A stretch of 64,000 nucleotides of DNA from positions 9,920,001 through 9,984,000 of the forward strand of contig JBHGNT010000022.1 of NCBI GenBank assembly GCA_043228905.1, written 5' to 3'. The notes beneath the pieces were generated by a model, which did no database searches, had not been told where the DNA came from, and saw nothing but the letters and a program-made list of their open reading frames with translations. Numbering within the stretch: position 1 is the first letter of the stretch; each line of letters opens with the position of its first letter. The position numbers and the translations under genes are program-made. Of this stretch, positions 37,690 through 51,852 are shown one piece after another. The DNA comes from Azolla caroliniana (lineage: Eukaryota; Plantae; Polypodiophyta).

Positions 37690-40600
37690 CAACAAAATCA
37701 ATGATGTCATCAATGTAGATCCCAAAAAGAGTCGGTGATAGGGGACAACCTTGTTTTACACCAATGGTGATAGTGAAGCAATTGGATAGGCAGCTCGAAC
37801 ATCGTATGCACCTACAGACTTGCTTATATAAAGTATAGTGTTGAGAAATGAATTGTCAATCCACAAGAAAAGGAATATGCTGAAATACACACCTCTAAAA
37901 CATAGAAAACAATGTACACAAATTTAATGTGGAAAACCCTAAAGCGAGAGAAAACCACGGCGAACAAAGCTTCACTATATAGTGGATATACAACAACGAG
38001 ATCAGAGTAAAACACTCTCTACACCGAGTGTATTAGCCACGCAGGGCTCTTGGTGTATACTGTAATAGAACACAGCTATGGCGCCGCTCGCTCACTCTCC
38101 TCTTGTTCTCACTCTTCTCTATCGCTAGCTACAACAGAGGATCACAAACTGTTCTCACAACCACAACTACATTGTTTGCCCGAGGTCTATTTATACTAAT
38201 ACACAATATTTTCTATTTACAAATGTAACCCCAACTACAAATCACTACTATTATTATCTATAATAATAAGTAGCCATCAGTTGACCCTAGTGCTGATTGT
38301 CTAGTCGGTCCGACTAGTTGGTCGCGTCTTCGACCTGGATCTCCTTTTTGTCGGCTCACCTAGTTGACTCTCACAATTGACTTTCTCGCAGTCGAATCTT
38401 CAACCATCAGTACTTGGCTCCTCCTAGTCTTTGATTGTCGTCACTTCTTGGACCGAATAGTCGGCTCCTCCCACTAGAGGGACATTATTCCTGTCCTCTG
38501 TCGACAGCCTCTAAGGCTGTCCATCAGTAGGTTCTTTGTCAGCATGTTGGATTCATTATCATCAGTATGGATGTTCACGAGGGTAAACTCTCCTTCTTCG
38601 ATTTTCTCCCACAATAGTGATACCTTCTCTGTATGTGCTTGGACCGGGAGTGGTATGCAACAATCTTAGCTAGATGTATGGAACTCTGGCTGTCACAATG
38701 AAGCAAGAAATACCTTTGCTTCATCCCCAAATCGCTGAGAAAGTTTCTCATCCAAATAAGCTCCTTGCCGGACTCTACTGCTGCCATATACTCTGCCTCT
38801 GTGGTCGAGAAGGCCACAGACTTCTACAGTCGTGACTGCCATGACACTGCTCCCCCTGCATAGGTCATCACGTACCTTGATGTGGATCGGCTTGAATCTA
38901 CATCCCCCGACATGTCCGAGTCGGTAGACCCTTTGAGCATGGGTTTTCCGACACCATACTTAAGACACACACCCGAGGTGCCTTTTAAGTACCTAAGTAT
39001 CCATTTCACTGCTGCATAGTGTTCTCGTCCTTGATTACTCATGTATCGGCTTACTATTCCCACAACAAATACTATGTCTGGTCTCATGCAGACCATAGCG
39101 TACATTAAACTGCCGACGGCTGAGACATATGGTACTTTCCTCATCTTAGCCTTTTCTTTCTCCCCTCTCGGCCATTGCTTGGAATCCAACTTGCAGTTTG
39201 TCGACAACATCGAGCCGATTGGCTTTGCTTCTGACATGTTGAATCTTTCTAGAATCTTCATCACGTATTTCTCTTGTGACAACCACAACACTTTCTTAGT
39301 TCTATCCCGAATTATGTGCATCCCTAAGATCTGTTTAGCCGGACCAAGATCTTTCATGGCAAACGATTTGCCTAGAGCTTTCTTCAAGCTTCCGATCTTC
39401 CTTATATCTTGACCGACTATCAACATGTCGTCTACATATAACAAGAGAATCAAGAAATCACCTTCATCGTACCTTTTGACGAACACACAGTGATCAGTCT
39501 ATGTTTTCCGAAACCCATGTTCCACCATGAAGAACGCCACCATGAGTTTTAGGCCATACAAGCTTTTCTTCAGTCGACATACTAGATTCTCTTACCCTTT
39601 CTCCACAAAACCTTCGGGTTGTTGCATGTGGATCTCTTCCTCCAACTCCCCGTGAAAGAATGTCATCTTGACATCCAGCTATTCGATCTCCAGATCCATG
39701 TTGACAATTATGCTCAAAACAGTTCTAATGGATGTCATCTTCATGACTGGAGTGAATATTTCGCCAAAGTCGACGTCCTTTTTCTGTTGGAAACCCTTCA
39801 CTGCAATGCGGGCTTTATACCTAGGCGCATTGTCGACTTCTCCAATCTTCACCTTGTAGACCCATTTGTTCCTGAGTGCTCTCATACCATATCGGTAATT
39901 CTACCAGGTCGTAGGTGTAGTTTTTGTGCAAGGAGTCCATCTCATCTTGCATCGCGCTCAACCATTTCTCTCTGTGCTTGGCTTCATCATAGCATTTTGG
40001 CTCACCTCCATCAGTCAAGAGGATGTATTGACTGGCATATGTTGTCGGTGTTGTCCTTTCTCTGAGTGGGTATCTCCTTCCACTCGTTGCCGGCTCTCGT
40101 TCAAGTGTCTCTCCCAATTCTCCTCTTTGCTCGGGTTTATATATGCCGATCGGCTTCTCAACGTTGGACGACTCCAACTCATATTCCTCGATAGACTTTA
40201 ACAGCTCAGCCGACTCAGACTCATAGTCGTTCGGTCTCTCCGAGTCAACCAACTCGGAATCGGCTGTGCTGACTAGCTGCCTCTGAACAGCCGACTGTGT
40301 CAGTTCACTTGGCCTTAAATCGATCGTAGTAGAGGTTGATTGGGTAGTAGATTCCGTTTTCTGTTGCTTCCAGTCCTCTATCGTCTTGTCTTCCATGAAG
40401 ACTACATCCTGACTCCTCACTACTTTCTTGTCGACTAGGTTCCATCGCCTATAGCCAAACTCATCTTCCGAGTATCCCATGAATATGCATGGCCTCGACT
40501 TACTGTCGAGCTTCGACCTCTGATCCTTAGCCACATGCATATACACTAAGCATCCGAACACCCTCGGGTGTCGGTAGGAGACATCCTTTCTTGTCCACAC

Positions 40601-42520
40601 CCTCGGTGGAACATCACCCTTCAATGGTATTGAGGGAGACCTTATAGAAATGTCCTTCTGGAAATGTCCAAGATTTCTTATTGGACTAGGACACCATTGT
40701 CCATCCTTGTCGCTTCCTCATTCAAGATGCTTGTCTTCACCGTTTTTTAAGACAAGTTCTCTTCTTGACAGCAGGTGCTAAGAGTAACCACCAGGTTCTC
40801 CCAACTATTTGGCAGTGTTCACATCAGTAGGATGGCCTGCATAGCATCATCAAGGGGGAACTTGGTTGCGGCAAGTTGGTTTACATACCCCATGAATGTG
40901 CTGATGTGTTCGACGATGCTCTCACCGTCTCTGTATTTCAGCTGTACGATATTTCTCATCTGTGAGGTTTTATTGAGGGCGTTCTTCCTCTCGTATAGAC
41001 ATGACAATTTTGCCACATCTCGTGGGCATTCATGTCATTCGCCACATGCTAAAAGACACTTATATCAACGCACTGTCCGATGGTGGCCAACCTTTGTATT
41101 ACGAAGTTTCCATTCCGACTCTAATACCCCCGTGGGTATTTCTGTTCTGTCGATTGGCTCATACATGACTTTAACTATGAGAAGGTCCTCCATCCATGCT
41201 TGCACCTCAAGCTCCGATACTAGTTTGTTGAGAAATGAAGCATCAAACCACAAGAAAAGGAATATGCTAAAATACGCACCTCTGAAACACAGAAAATAGT
41301 ATACACAAATTTAACGTTGAAAACCCTAAAGCGAGAGAAAACCACAGAGAACGGAGCTTCACTATACAATGATATACAACAACGATATCATAGTACAACA
41401 CTCTCTACACCAAGTGTATTAGCCACGCAGGGCTCTTGGCGTATGTTATTACAGAACACAGCTATGGTGTCGCTCGCTCACTCTCCTCTTGTTTTCAGTC
41501 TTCTCTATCGCTAGCTACAACAGAGGATCACAAACTGTTCTCACAACCACAACTACATTGTTTGCCCTAGGTCTATTTATACTAATACACAATATTTTCT
41601 ATTTACAAATGTAACCCCTACTACACGTCACTACTATTATTATCTATAATAATAAGTGGCCATCAATCGACCCTAGTGTTGATTGTCTAGTCGGTCCGGT
41701 CATCGACCATCCGGTCGGCCCGACTAGTTGGTCGCGCCTTTGATATGGATCTCCTTTTTTTCGTCTCACCCAGTCAACTCTCACAATCAACTTTCTCGCA
41801 GTCGAATTTTCAACCATCGGTACTCGGCCCGAACAGTTGGTTCCTCCTAGTCTTTGACTATTGGCACTTCTTGGCCCGAACAGTCGGTTCCTTCCATTGG
41901 AGGGACATATTCCTAACATATAGATGGCCCAAATGATATCTTATGGTATCTCTAAGCTTTTAAGCTGATAAAAAAATGCTCTTTAGGGACTGTATCAAAG
42001 GTTTTACAAAAGTCTACAAAACAACAAATAATTTCTTCTTGTGAGCCTTGGTTTGAACAAGTAAGCATCTAAGTGTGAAGATACGGTCAATAATAGAGAA
42101 GGCTTGTCTAAAGTCGCCTATTTGGGTGCTCGAAAACTTAATGTCTTCATATAATCGTTGAGAGCTACTTCCATTATTGCACCATATAATTTAACGAGCA
42201 TATGACCAATCATAATGGCCATATATGTTTTTGGGTCCATGGGATACCCTTCTTTAAGTATAAGGGTCATTGTATTTATGGTCATTTGTGGTGTAAAATC
42301 CTCCGCAACGGCACGATTAAAGAGTAGAGTGAGAAAAGGAGCTAGGCTCTCTCGAGCGTATACGATGTGTTGAGCCTACAACCGTGTGTGATCCATGGAC
42401 TTTCTATGTTGTAATTTCTTTATAACCTTAGTGTCCCTAGAGGTCGTGAGAAAGGTTCCCATAGTAGGTCGAGGTGTGGAAGGCATAGGAGTGGGTGGGT
42501 GGTTCGGGACTTGGTACAAC
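37690..42520 (-). mobile_element. Second degenerate LINE ORF2 fragment (same family as 29285-34125), interrupted by copia C4
   Basis: 37690-37838 and 41924-42520 parallel 30975-31324 and 33122-33520. Confidence 0.8.
37839..41918 (-). mobile_element. Internally deleted copia C4
   Basis: TSD TATAG. LTRs at 41226-41918 and 37839-~38490. Degenerate iMet PBS at 41211-41222. Gag fragment joins the integrase tail, followed by RT LYVDDML and RNase H. Confidence 0.9.
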
Positions 42521-42607
42521 CAAGTCTCTTTGTCTAGGAAAGAATTTTAGGAACCCATAAATTAAATGATTTTCTATATATAGAGGTTGAGGAAATCAAG
42601 ATACTCA

Positions 42608-44027
42608 GAAATTATGTATGCAGAAATGGATAGAGAGTTTCTGATGTCTTCCTTTCAATGTTCTCAAATTAGTCTATTTTGGTATGGTATGTTTTCATCC
42701 TTACATGTCTTCTTGAGGGTTAGGGGTTATAAAAACTATCATGAATGCCTTTACTTCAATGTTTTGCCTTCTGGATGACTTCATTCTTTGTTTATGGAAG
42801 ACGGAATTGTAAGTTGAGGGAGTATGTTGTCTATTTGTATATTGTGGAAGAAAGATAAAAAATGGATGTTGAATCCACATCCAAATGATATAAAACCATA
42901 TCGGCGCAAGGAATGCTAGGTAAGCAAATCCCATTTTTTAATACTCGGTAAAAATGGGTAGAGAATTGCTGAGGGGTGTGGTTGTTACGCTAACAACTTG
43001 TAAATTTTACAAATCTAGTAATGTATAAGACTCTTGCTTGGATGCTTATTGGAAATGGCTATGGACCATGCAAATTCCAAAACAATTTGTATTATTTGGA
43101 TGGTTTTTGAGACATTATGGCATTCCAAAGAAGTCATGGATGTTGGGGCATTTCCATGATTTAAAATGTGATAGTTGGGGTTCTCCCATTGAATCGGTTC
43201 ACCATGTTTTATGGATATATCCTATTGCTAGAGCAGTTTGGAAAAGAATGTTGAGAATTTTGTATCCTATTTATGGTAAATAGGTGTACACATGGGGTTT
43301 TGTGAGATGGGGAAGATTGGCTGAAGATATATAGAACTATGAAAAGGAGTATGTTGATTTTCTTCTCCTCTTCGATGGAAGAGATGTATTGGAGGGCTAG
43401 ACTACGACAAAGCACAGATGACAAGGTTATGACCGATAAGGTTACAAACGTGGAACTCAACGTGATGAGGCTAGAAACTCGGAAAGTTGGGAGCGATGAG
43501 ATGAAGAACTTAAGTTGCTAGGAACAAATACAAGAGCATAAAGATAAAGATGTAAATCAAGGAGAGACGATGGGGTTAAACAAGAATACTAGATTGATGT
43601 GTCAATGACTGGTGTTGAATCCCTTGAAAGGGACCAAGGAGATTACAAGTATTTATACTGTGAGTCGAAGTACATGCATTAAAATATTTTGGAGAATATT
43701 CAGGGGAATATTCTAGACCCCTCTAGAACCTTCTAGTTCTAGAACTTTCTAAAAACTCCTAGAACTTGAAATAGATAATCTACTAATAATCTACTAAGAT
43801 ATACATAACATGAACATATATTTGGATGTGTTGGTTAGAACACAATACTTGACTGTATATGTCAAGAGGTCAAGAGTTTAAAACTTGACATGGATGTTGT
43901 CATGTCTGTGACACTCGACATGTTGGTTGATGTTGGTATAAGGCTTATAATCTACTGTACGAATTCGTTGTACCCTTTAGGCATCTTTCCATTAGTACCA
44001 AGGTGAATCTTTATTTTTCTTTTAAAA
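42608..44027 (+). mobile_element. 5'-truncated L1-like LINE remnant (zf-RVT region) with ~16-bp TSD
   Basis: WKWLWTMQIPK..GWFL..KCD..ESVHHVLWIYPIARAVW. GAAATCAAGATA(C/T)TCA at 42592 and 44028; the paralogous locus has a single copy at ~62648. Confidence 0.75.
43376..43913 (-). mobile_element. Solo chromovirus-type LTR (distinct subfamily)
   Basis: TG...GACA termini with TSD TTCGA/CTCGA. TCTAGAA-rich block, GTTGAA motif and tRNA-like end as in the T1 LTRs. Confidence 0.7.
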
Positions 44028-45313
44028 GAAATCAAGATATTCAAACGGAAAACCTAACAAAACTTTGAATCTTTGTAACAATCAATAAAAAAACACGATC
44101 ATTGAGGGTCTCCACTAATTGAGGCCACTCTCCTATACTTTATTGGAGTATAAGAATAGAATATATGGCAATTTTGTATATACTTTATGTATTGATTCCA
44201 TTCAATTCAAATGAAATGTTTAATGATGCAACAAGTAGTTGCCAATGCAAAATGGGGGCCTTTCCCCATACATTATCACCTTCATTGTAATAGGGCACTA
44301 TGTTGTATATTGCCTTTGGCCACTCTAATTTTAATGCCAATGGAGGATAATTTTATGGAAAAAAAAACAAGTAGTTGCCAATGTTGTCTATACCTTTCCG
44401 ATGACACATAATGCTTGTTGTTTAGGTGTCTCTTTGATGAGACACCATATCCATTAATATTTAAAAAAATTTATTCGTTTTATTGTTTTATTGTTTTATT
44501 GTTTTATTGTTTTATTGTTTTATTCATTTCCATTCCTAGAAAACACTTCGTAGTCTTAATTGGCCCCAATACAATGAGCACAATTCTCCTTGCCAATCAC
44601 ATTAGCAACACACAGAGCAACAACTTTAGTGCTTGCTAAACAAGCTAACCTATTTTGAACCAAGTCTTCAATGAACTCATCCAGCTTCTCTATTGTGTCA
44701 CTAGGCATCGCAACTGCATGCGCGTCGTTCCCCGGGCAAGTAAGGTGCCATTTCCGAATGAAAGAGTCATTGGGAGATCTTTTGAATACCACAATAGTGC
44801 TAGGCTTGTTACGCATAACACTGAACATTGCCTCTCACAACCGATCCTTGAGATAGCGAGCATTGCGAAGACAACGTCGAACATCTTTTTGGAACCCTCC
44901 ATAGTCCCTCTGATTCAATGTGTACCACATGAATATGGGCATGTGGATATTCATGTTACCCACTAGAGTTGCATCCAATGTCCATGCACAATATTGGTCC
45001 ATATTCCTCGATAGCACATTTACGAGTTTCTTTCTTACGATTTGAACACCACATGGTATAGGGCACCCAAGAAATCTATGTCCAGAGACACTCATGCTGC
45101 TAATAGGCTTCTTGAAGGTCACCTTTGGAGTGTAGAATTTTACAATATCATAAACAAAAGAAAAATGTTAAGTTAGATACCTAAATGAGATCAATGTTAA
45201 GAACTAGACTTGACCTAAACCCTAGCATAGATGCAGGGGGTTGTATACCTTCTCCACAAAAGGCATCATAAAACCGAAGAGGGCTCCATCACAATGAATA
45301 TAGAATTGATCCT

Positions 45314-47119
45314 ATATAAATAGGAAGTCCACATTAATTTTTCATTAGGACAGTAGTGCATTAAGTTTGTTTGTAGTCATGGAAGTATTTCTAGTTGGTA
45401 AGGATGAATGATGGTGTTGGCGGGGGGTTGAAGCACATTTTTAGGAGGGGATGCACACAATACATTTACTCTATTGTTGTTTGTACAGGTTTTAGGTGGT
45501 GAACGAACAGAGGGTTGATGTAGAAAATGAAGCACATTGTTGATGTGGAAAAGGAAGCACATTCTAGTTTTGTAGAGGATGTTTGATGATGATGTAGGGG
45601 GATGAAGCCAATTTCTTGAGGGGATTAGGAGAATAACTCATTATGTTTTTGTTACAGGTTCGAAATGGTATAAATCGAGATGGGTGATGTGGTTATTGAA
45701 GCAAATTGTCTAGTTTTTAAGGATGAGAGAATCATGGTGGTGTTGCGGGCTGAAGCAAGGTTTGATGAGGGGGCAGGTTTTATTTTCATTATGATGATTG
45801 ATGATGGCGATGAGAATTGAAGCATGTTTCCCATGAAGAGAGGATAAGTGAAGATGGTGCGACAACCGAAGTATACCATGAGAAGACGTGGAAATTGTTT
45901 ACACCTAATTTGTTGTTGTTTTTTACAGGCCCTTGATGGTAATCGGTGAGATGTTGGATGGGACTGAATGAAGCAGTTTTTTCTGTGATAAGGACGAGTG
46001 AAGATGGTGAGGGGGTCAAAGCAGACTATCATGAGTGGGTGAGGAAACTTTTAGACTAATTGTTGTTGATTAATACAAGATTTTCGTGTACATTGGCAAG
46101 TTGCTTAGCGGCGAGATGGCTTATGTGGACTGAATGAAGAAATTTTTTGTGATAAGGATGAGTGAAGATGGTGGGGGGGTCGAAGCCGACTATGATGAGT
46201 GGGTGAGGAAACTTTTAAATTAATTTTTTGTTGTTAATATAGGATTTTCGTGGACATTGTCAAGATGCTAATCAACGAGATGGCTGATGTGGACTGAATG
46301 AAGAATTTTTATGAGATAAGGATGAGTGAAGATGGTGGGGGGGTCGAAGCTGACTATCATGAGTGGGTGAGGAAAGTTTTACACTAATTTCTGTTGATTA
46401 TGCAGGATTTTTAGTGGACATTGGCAAGATGCTAATCGTTGAGATGGCTGATGTGGATGGAATGAAGATTTTTTTTGTGATAAGGATGAGTGAAGATGGT
46501 GGGGGGGTCGAAGCCGACTATCATGAGTGGGTGAGGAAATCTTTAGAGTAATTTCTTGTTGTTAATACAGGATTTTTGTGGACATTGGCAACATGCCAAG
46601 ATGGTATACAAAGAGTCTGACAAATCATCCCTACATGAACTCACCAAAGAAATTTGAAGAAATGTGTATATTGGGAGAGTAAGCTGATCAAGACGGTCAT
46701 ATTGGTCTAGGGGTCTGTTTACCTTTATTTTCTCATGCTCATGAACAGTATATAGGACTACGGTGGAGGAGACATATATTCTCGATGGTCGTGGAGATGA
46801 AGGAGATGGTAGCAGTCGACATGGGTCCAAGGTGGCCCACCACATTTTTATTCCAACATGGAGAATAGGTTAAAGGAAAGCAAAGCAAAATTGTTTGCAT
46901 TGCTGAACATGAGGTCATGGTCATATTTGAATGGAGGACAAACTTCTATGTTCATTACATGTAAAATGTCTCATGGTATTCCTTTTTAGTCTTTCACTTC
47001 CCTTAGTTGTGGTTTTCAAAGGTCATCATGGCTACAACCATTGTAATATTTTTAGTCTAGTCATTTCGTCGTGTATGCAGAATTCTACTAATGAAGAATA
47101 TCTTCTTTTGGAAAAAATA
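45314..47119 (+). mobile_element. Unclassified 1.8-kb insertion with 17-bp TSD
   Basis: AATATAGAATTGATCCT at 45297-45313 and 47120-47136; the intact paralogue has one copy. Short A-rich right end. Confidence 0.75.
45957..46597. repeat. ~165-bp tandem repeat, about 4 copies, with more degenerate copies upstream
   Basis: GGACTGAATGAAG..GATAAGGATGAGTGAAGATGGTGGGGGGGTCGAAGC..GAGTGGGTGAGGAAA starts at ~45961, 46127, 46291 and 46455. Confidence 0.9.
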
Positions 47120-47449
47120 AATATAGAATTGATCCTGGATGAAACCCATCTCCAATAATGTCTTGATCACTAGGTCTAAATCATGCACTGCTCCTTTTAC
47201 AGTTGTGCCTGCATATAAATAATTTTACAATCAAAGATCTCCTTTCGACGAAAAATCACATGCATTCCACATTTGGCATAGGCATATAAATAATTGTACA
47301 ATCAAAGATCTCCTCGAAAAAATGACATGTATTCTTCATTTGGCATAGGCATATATATACCAAAGTATATGGTATGAGAGGAGCACAAAGACCATCATCC
47401 ATGCAAAATAGAGACAATTTACTATACCAATGTTCACTACGATTATTGC

Positions 47450-50400
47450 AGGTCTATACTTCCTCTCCTGTAGCTAAGCCTTCAAATCGAAACAATCCAT
47501 TGCACCGGATACCAGACTCTCCAGTTTCACAAGCTCCATCCTATACATTCTGGCCACTAAAGATAATCAACGAGGAGGAAGTGCCACTGAAGAAAGAAGA
47601 GGATACACAAGCTTACAACTAAAGAGAGAAGAAGGCATATGCACTCATTGGACGCAACTTAGGGGATAGACAAGCCAAGGAGATAAGGCACACCAAAATG
47701 GCTAAGGAGACATGGGCTACATTGATGAAGTTGAATGAACCAAGCACGAAGGCTAATGTCCTTCAACTCAAAAGAGATTTGTTAAGAACAAAAATGAAGC
47801 CAAGTGATAAAGTTCGTGAACATGCTCAAAATCTTAGAAATATTGCATCTCAACTGCAAGTGATTGGCCATATACTTCCCAAAAATGAGGTAACATACAT
47901 TTTACTTAACAATTTTGAATAGTTCATATGGGCATCTTGTGGTTTCAATGCATGATTCAGATGCAGTTCAAGACCTAGACAAATTAATGGCAATATTAGA
48001 ACAAGCGGAGCAATGACAAAGTTTACGAAGGGAAGAGTATTCTATTAATGAACATGGTCTCCTATCCCATCCAGGTAAGAGACATCGTTATGTTAAGAAT
48101 TGGCATGATAAATTTCAGAAAACTTCACAAAAGGGATGGGAAGGAAATGTCGATGTGTTTAGACCAATGGATCCATCTCAAGTGGTATGTCATTATTGCC
48201 AAGAAAAGGGACACAGTGCACGTGGGTGTGCTAAGAAGGTAGCAGATAATTACAAAAGGAGGAGGGAAAACAAAGGCACGGAAGGTGTAGCGCTCATGGC
48301 ATCACTACATGACATTGATGGTAATGAAGTAATCACAAATACAAATATACTAACTTGGTATGTAGACTCTACTACACCAACTCATATGTCTAAAAACAAA
48401 GAATTCTTGACAAAATATCATGTTTTCAATCATCCATGCCCAATATTTTTGGGAAATGGTGCACATATAATGATCATTGCAATAGGAAATGTGAAGGTTA
48501 GAGAAGGAATCATTCATAATGTAAGGCATGTTCCTCTCATAAAGAAAAATCTATTGTCTGTTGATGCATTAGATATAGCTGGCATAAAGGTGTGTTTTCA
48601 AAAGGATTGGGTGAATTATGGAGAGGAAACATGCTTCTTTTTTAAGCAAAAAAGGAGCATGTATTATATATATTAGATGTAAACATTCATCATCATTCAG
48701 CAAATATTGTTGTTGAAGATTTTGGAAAGAAAGCCTTACAATGGCATAAAATATTCAGGCATGTCAATTTTGACAAACTTAGCAAAATAATGGACATTAA
48801 TATCTCAAACAAAGAAATTCTCCAAGTAAGTCAACAATATTTATGTGAGAGTTGTTAGCTAGGCAAGTTTACTCAACAACCATTTAATACAAAAAGGGGA
48901 ATTTTATCTAGTAGGCCTCTTGAATTAGTCCATATGGATCTTTGTGGACCAATGCATGTGCCATCAATAGGAGGAGCAAGATACTTATATGTTGTCATAG
49001 ATGATTATACACGAAAAACTTTTGCATATACGCTATCATGCAAATATGACACTTTTGAGTATTTTTGAAGATTTAAGGTGCTCAGAGAGTTTGAATATGG
49101 ACCCTCGATAATCAATTTAAGATCAGATAGGGGTGGAGAATTCAAGTCACATACTTTTGGGTCTTTTTGTTCTAATAATGGTATTACACAAGAATTTACT
49201 GGGGCTAGCTACACTCATTAACTAAATAGTGCGGGTGAAAGAAAGAATAGGACTATCATGGATATGATAAGATGTATGTTGATAGATGGTAAATTATCAT
49301 TAGAAGTTTGGGGAGAAGCATCCAAATGTGCAACATATATACTAAATCGACTCCCAACAAAACCCATCCGTGGAGGACGCCCGAAGGAAATCTGGCAACA
49401 AAAAAGGGTTAGTATAACTCATCTTCGTCCTTTTGGTTGCAAGGCATACTTCCATGTACCTCGTCCACTCCGTCATAAGTTGGATCCAACTGCCAAGCAA
49501 GGAATTATGATCGGATACGAGGATCCAGGCTGTGGGTATAGAATTTGGAATGAAGAGCAAAAACGAGTGTTTGTTTGTCACTCACAATGTGTTGTTCGAT
49601 GAAGATCATTTCCCTTACAAAATGCCAGAAGAAGGTAACAAATCTAGTGTTAAAAGTTCACACCTGATCATTGATAGCATTTTGCAAGAAAATGAAGACA
49701 CATTTTGTGGTGAAGAACCATATGACAAAACCACAATAAGAGAAGGAATATCATCTTGTTTGATGCGAGCTCAAATAATTAGAAGAACATCTTCTATCCT
49801 TAGAGATCCTTCATTCGAGTGCAATGTAAGCGTAGAATCTGAAATGTTCGATCCATCCAATTTAAAAGAAGCTTTACTTTCACTAGATAAAGCAAAGTGG
49901 GAAGAGGCAATACATTTGGAGCTTGAAGCACATCAAAAGAATGGTACATGGGAACTTATAAAAGGAAGTGAAAGGCAACAAATCATAGGTTCCAAATGGG
50001 TGTTCAAAATCAAGAGAGGATAAAATGGGACTCCTATCAAATACATGGCTCAATCAGTGGCTCAAGGCTTCAAACAAATCGATGGCATTGATTTCACTGA
50101 AACTTATGCACCAACTGCCCTTATCACTTCTATTCGGGTTGAATTAATAAAGGCAGGTGCACAAGGTTGGGTAATCCATCAAATGGATGTAAAAACAACT
50201 TTTCTTAATGGAGAATTAAAAGAAGAAATATATATGACATTACCAAAGATGAATAAGGAGGAACCAACACAAACATGTCGACTTAAGAAGTGCTTTACGG
50301 CTTAAGGCAAGTAGGAAGATGTTGGTATATCCGCCTCCATAATTTCTTTCTATGAAATAATTTTACATGTTGCAAATCGGATCAAAGCATTTATGTTCTA

Positions 50401-50990
50401 TGTAACAATGAAAAACAATGAAAGACATCTTGAATGCAGGGTTGACATGGAAGATATGGGTGCTAGCTCCTTTTGCTTAGGGATTGACATTTTATACAAT
50501 CAAGATAAAAGAGTTATTCACTTCTCCCAACAAGGATACTTTTCACAAATATTGGAAAGGTTTCATATGGCAAGTTGTTATCCAACAAGCACACCTAGGG
50601 AAGGATTGTCACACCTTTCAAATCTTCATAACAACGGTGATATGGTATAAATTTTCCATACAGGTCATGAATTGGTTCTCTTATGTATGCTAGTATTTGT
50701 ACAAGACCGAATATTTCATTTGCAACTAATAAACTAAGTCAATTCTTAGAGAACCCTAGCCCTACTCATTGGAAAGCTGCAAAACGAATCTTAAAATATT
50801 CAACGTGGTAGTTGTATGGGGAAACAAGAAACAAAATAGTGTGGCATTATCAACAACAGAGGCAGAATATATGGCATTGGCATATGGAATCAAAGAAGTT
50901 TTATGGGCATCCAACCGAATCAATGAATCCAGTCTACATGTAAATAAACCCATTCCAACACTCAATGATAATCGAGCTGCCACCGCAGAT
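47450..50990 (+). pseudogene. Highly decayed copia gag-pol; LTRs not identifiable
   Basis: CHYCQEKGHSARGC, WYVDS, LRPFGC, SKWVFKIK, QMDVKTTFLNG, ALSTTEAEY. Confidence 0.85.
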
Positions 50991-51754
50991 TCTAAATCTC
51001 CTCTCCTCCCTAAATCATAGCCCTTAATTATCTTTTCTTTCTCCCTTTCTTTTTGCGTCCAAGCTGCATAAAGGTATAAAAGGGCGGTTTATGAAGACGA
51101 AAGAGGTAGAGCCTTGCAATGTGCATAAAGTAGTGAATCCCCCTTCTAGTTTATAGGCATATCTTAGTTCTTTTTGGTTGTTAGTTTCAGATAGCAATAT
51201 TTGGTACCATTGTTTTGGTTAGAGCTTTTTATAGAATCAATGTATGCTTTATATTGAGTTCGTATATGATATCTACAAGCTCTTTAGTAGATTGAGTGAC
51301 TGGTGTGAGTTAAGGATTGTATTGTAGCTTGAAGAACATAATGCTAATCAGATCAGATCTATCGTTCATGTATGTTCATCCACACTAATTAATCTATTTG
51401 CTGCGCTCCACAAGCGTTTCACGATATGTGGCCAGAACAGAAGCCATGGAAGCTTCTTTCCCTCCTGTGATTCTCATCGTCCATGGAAGGCTCGGTGATG
51501 GATGGCATAAGAGGAACAGTAAACGTCTCCTCCTCCGATGATGAGGAAGAATCATCATCCGCAATCGATCCGACAGAGATGGTGTTTCCAGAAGCTGGAA
51601 AGGCCCCATTATTTAGTCTGAGGAATGGGACTAGCTATGGTGTTTCCAGAAGCTTCCATGGCCAACTAACTAGAAAGTAGAAGAAAGGATAAGACGAAGA
51701 AAGATGATGAAGAGGCAGATTTGGCTTAAATAAGAAGAAGAAGAAGAAGAACAT

Positions 51755-51852
51755 TTGGGGTCATTGGGACCGATAGACATGTGCTTCTGTCCATTTGGGG
51801 TCATTGGGACCGATAGACATGTGCTTCTGTCCATTTGCGGTCATTGGGACCT
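51755..51852. repeat. 40-bp tandem repeat, about 2.5 copies
   Basis: TTTGGGGTCATTGGGACCGATAGACATGTGCTTCTGTCCA; a further partial copy lies at 51961. Confidence 0.85.

Larger units (their letters stand above)
44556..47208 (-). pseudogene. SDC: Serine decarboxylase-like pseudogene (last two exons)
   Basis: Paralogue of 63012-63833. PLP lysine changed (SGHK to SGHR), premature stop at ~44835, acceptor AG lost at ~45132, penultimate exon split by insertion 45314-47119, upstream exons not seen. Confidence 0.9.
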
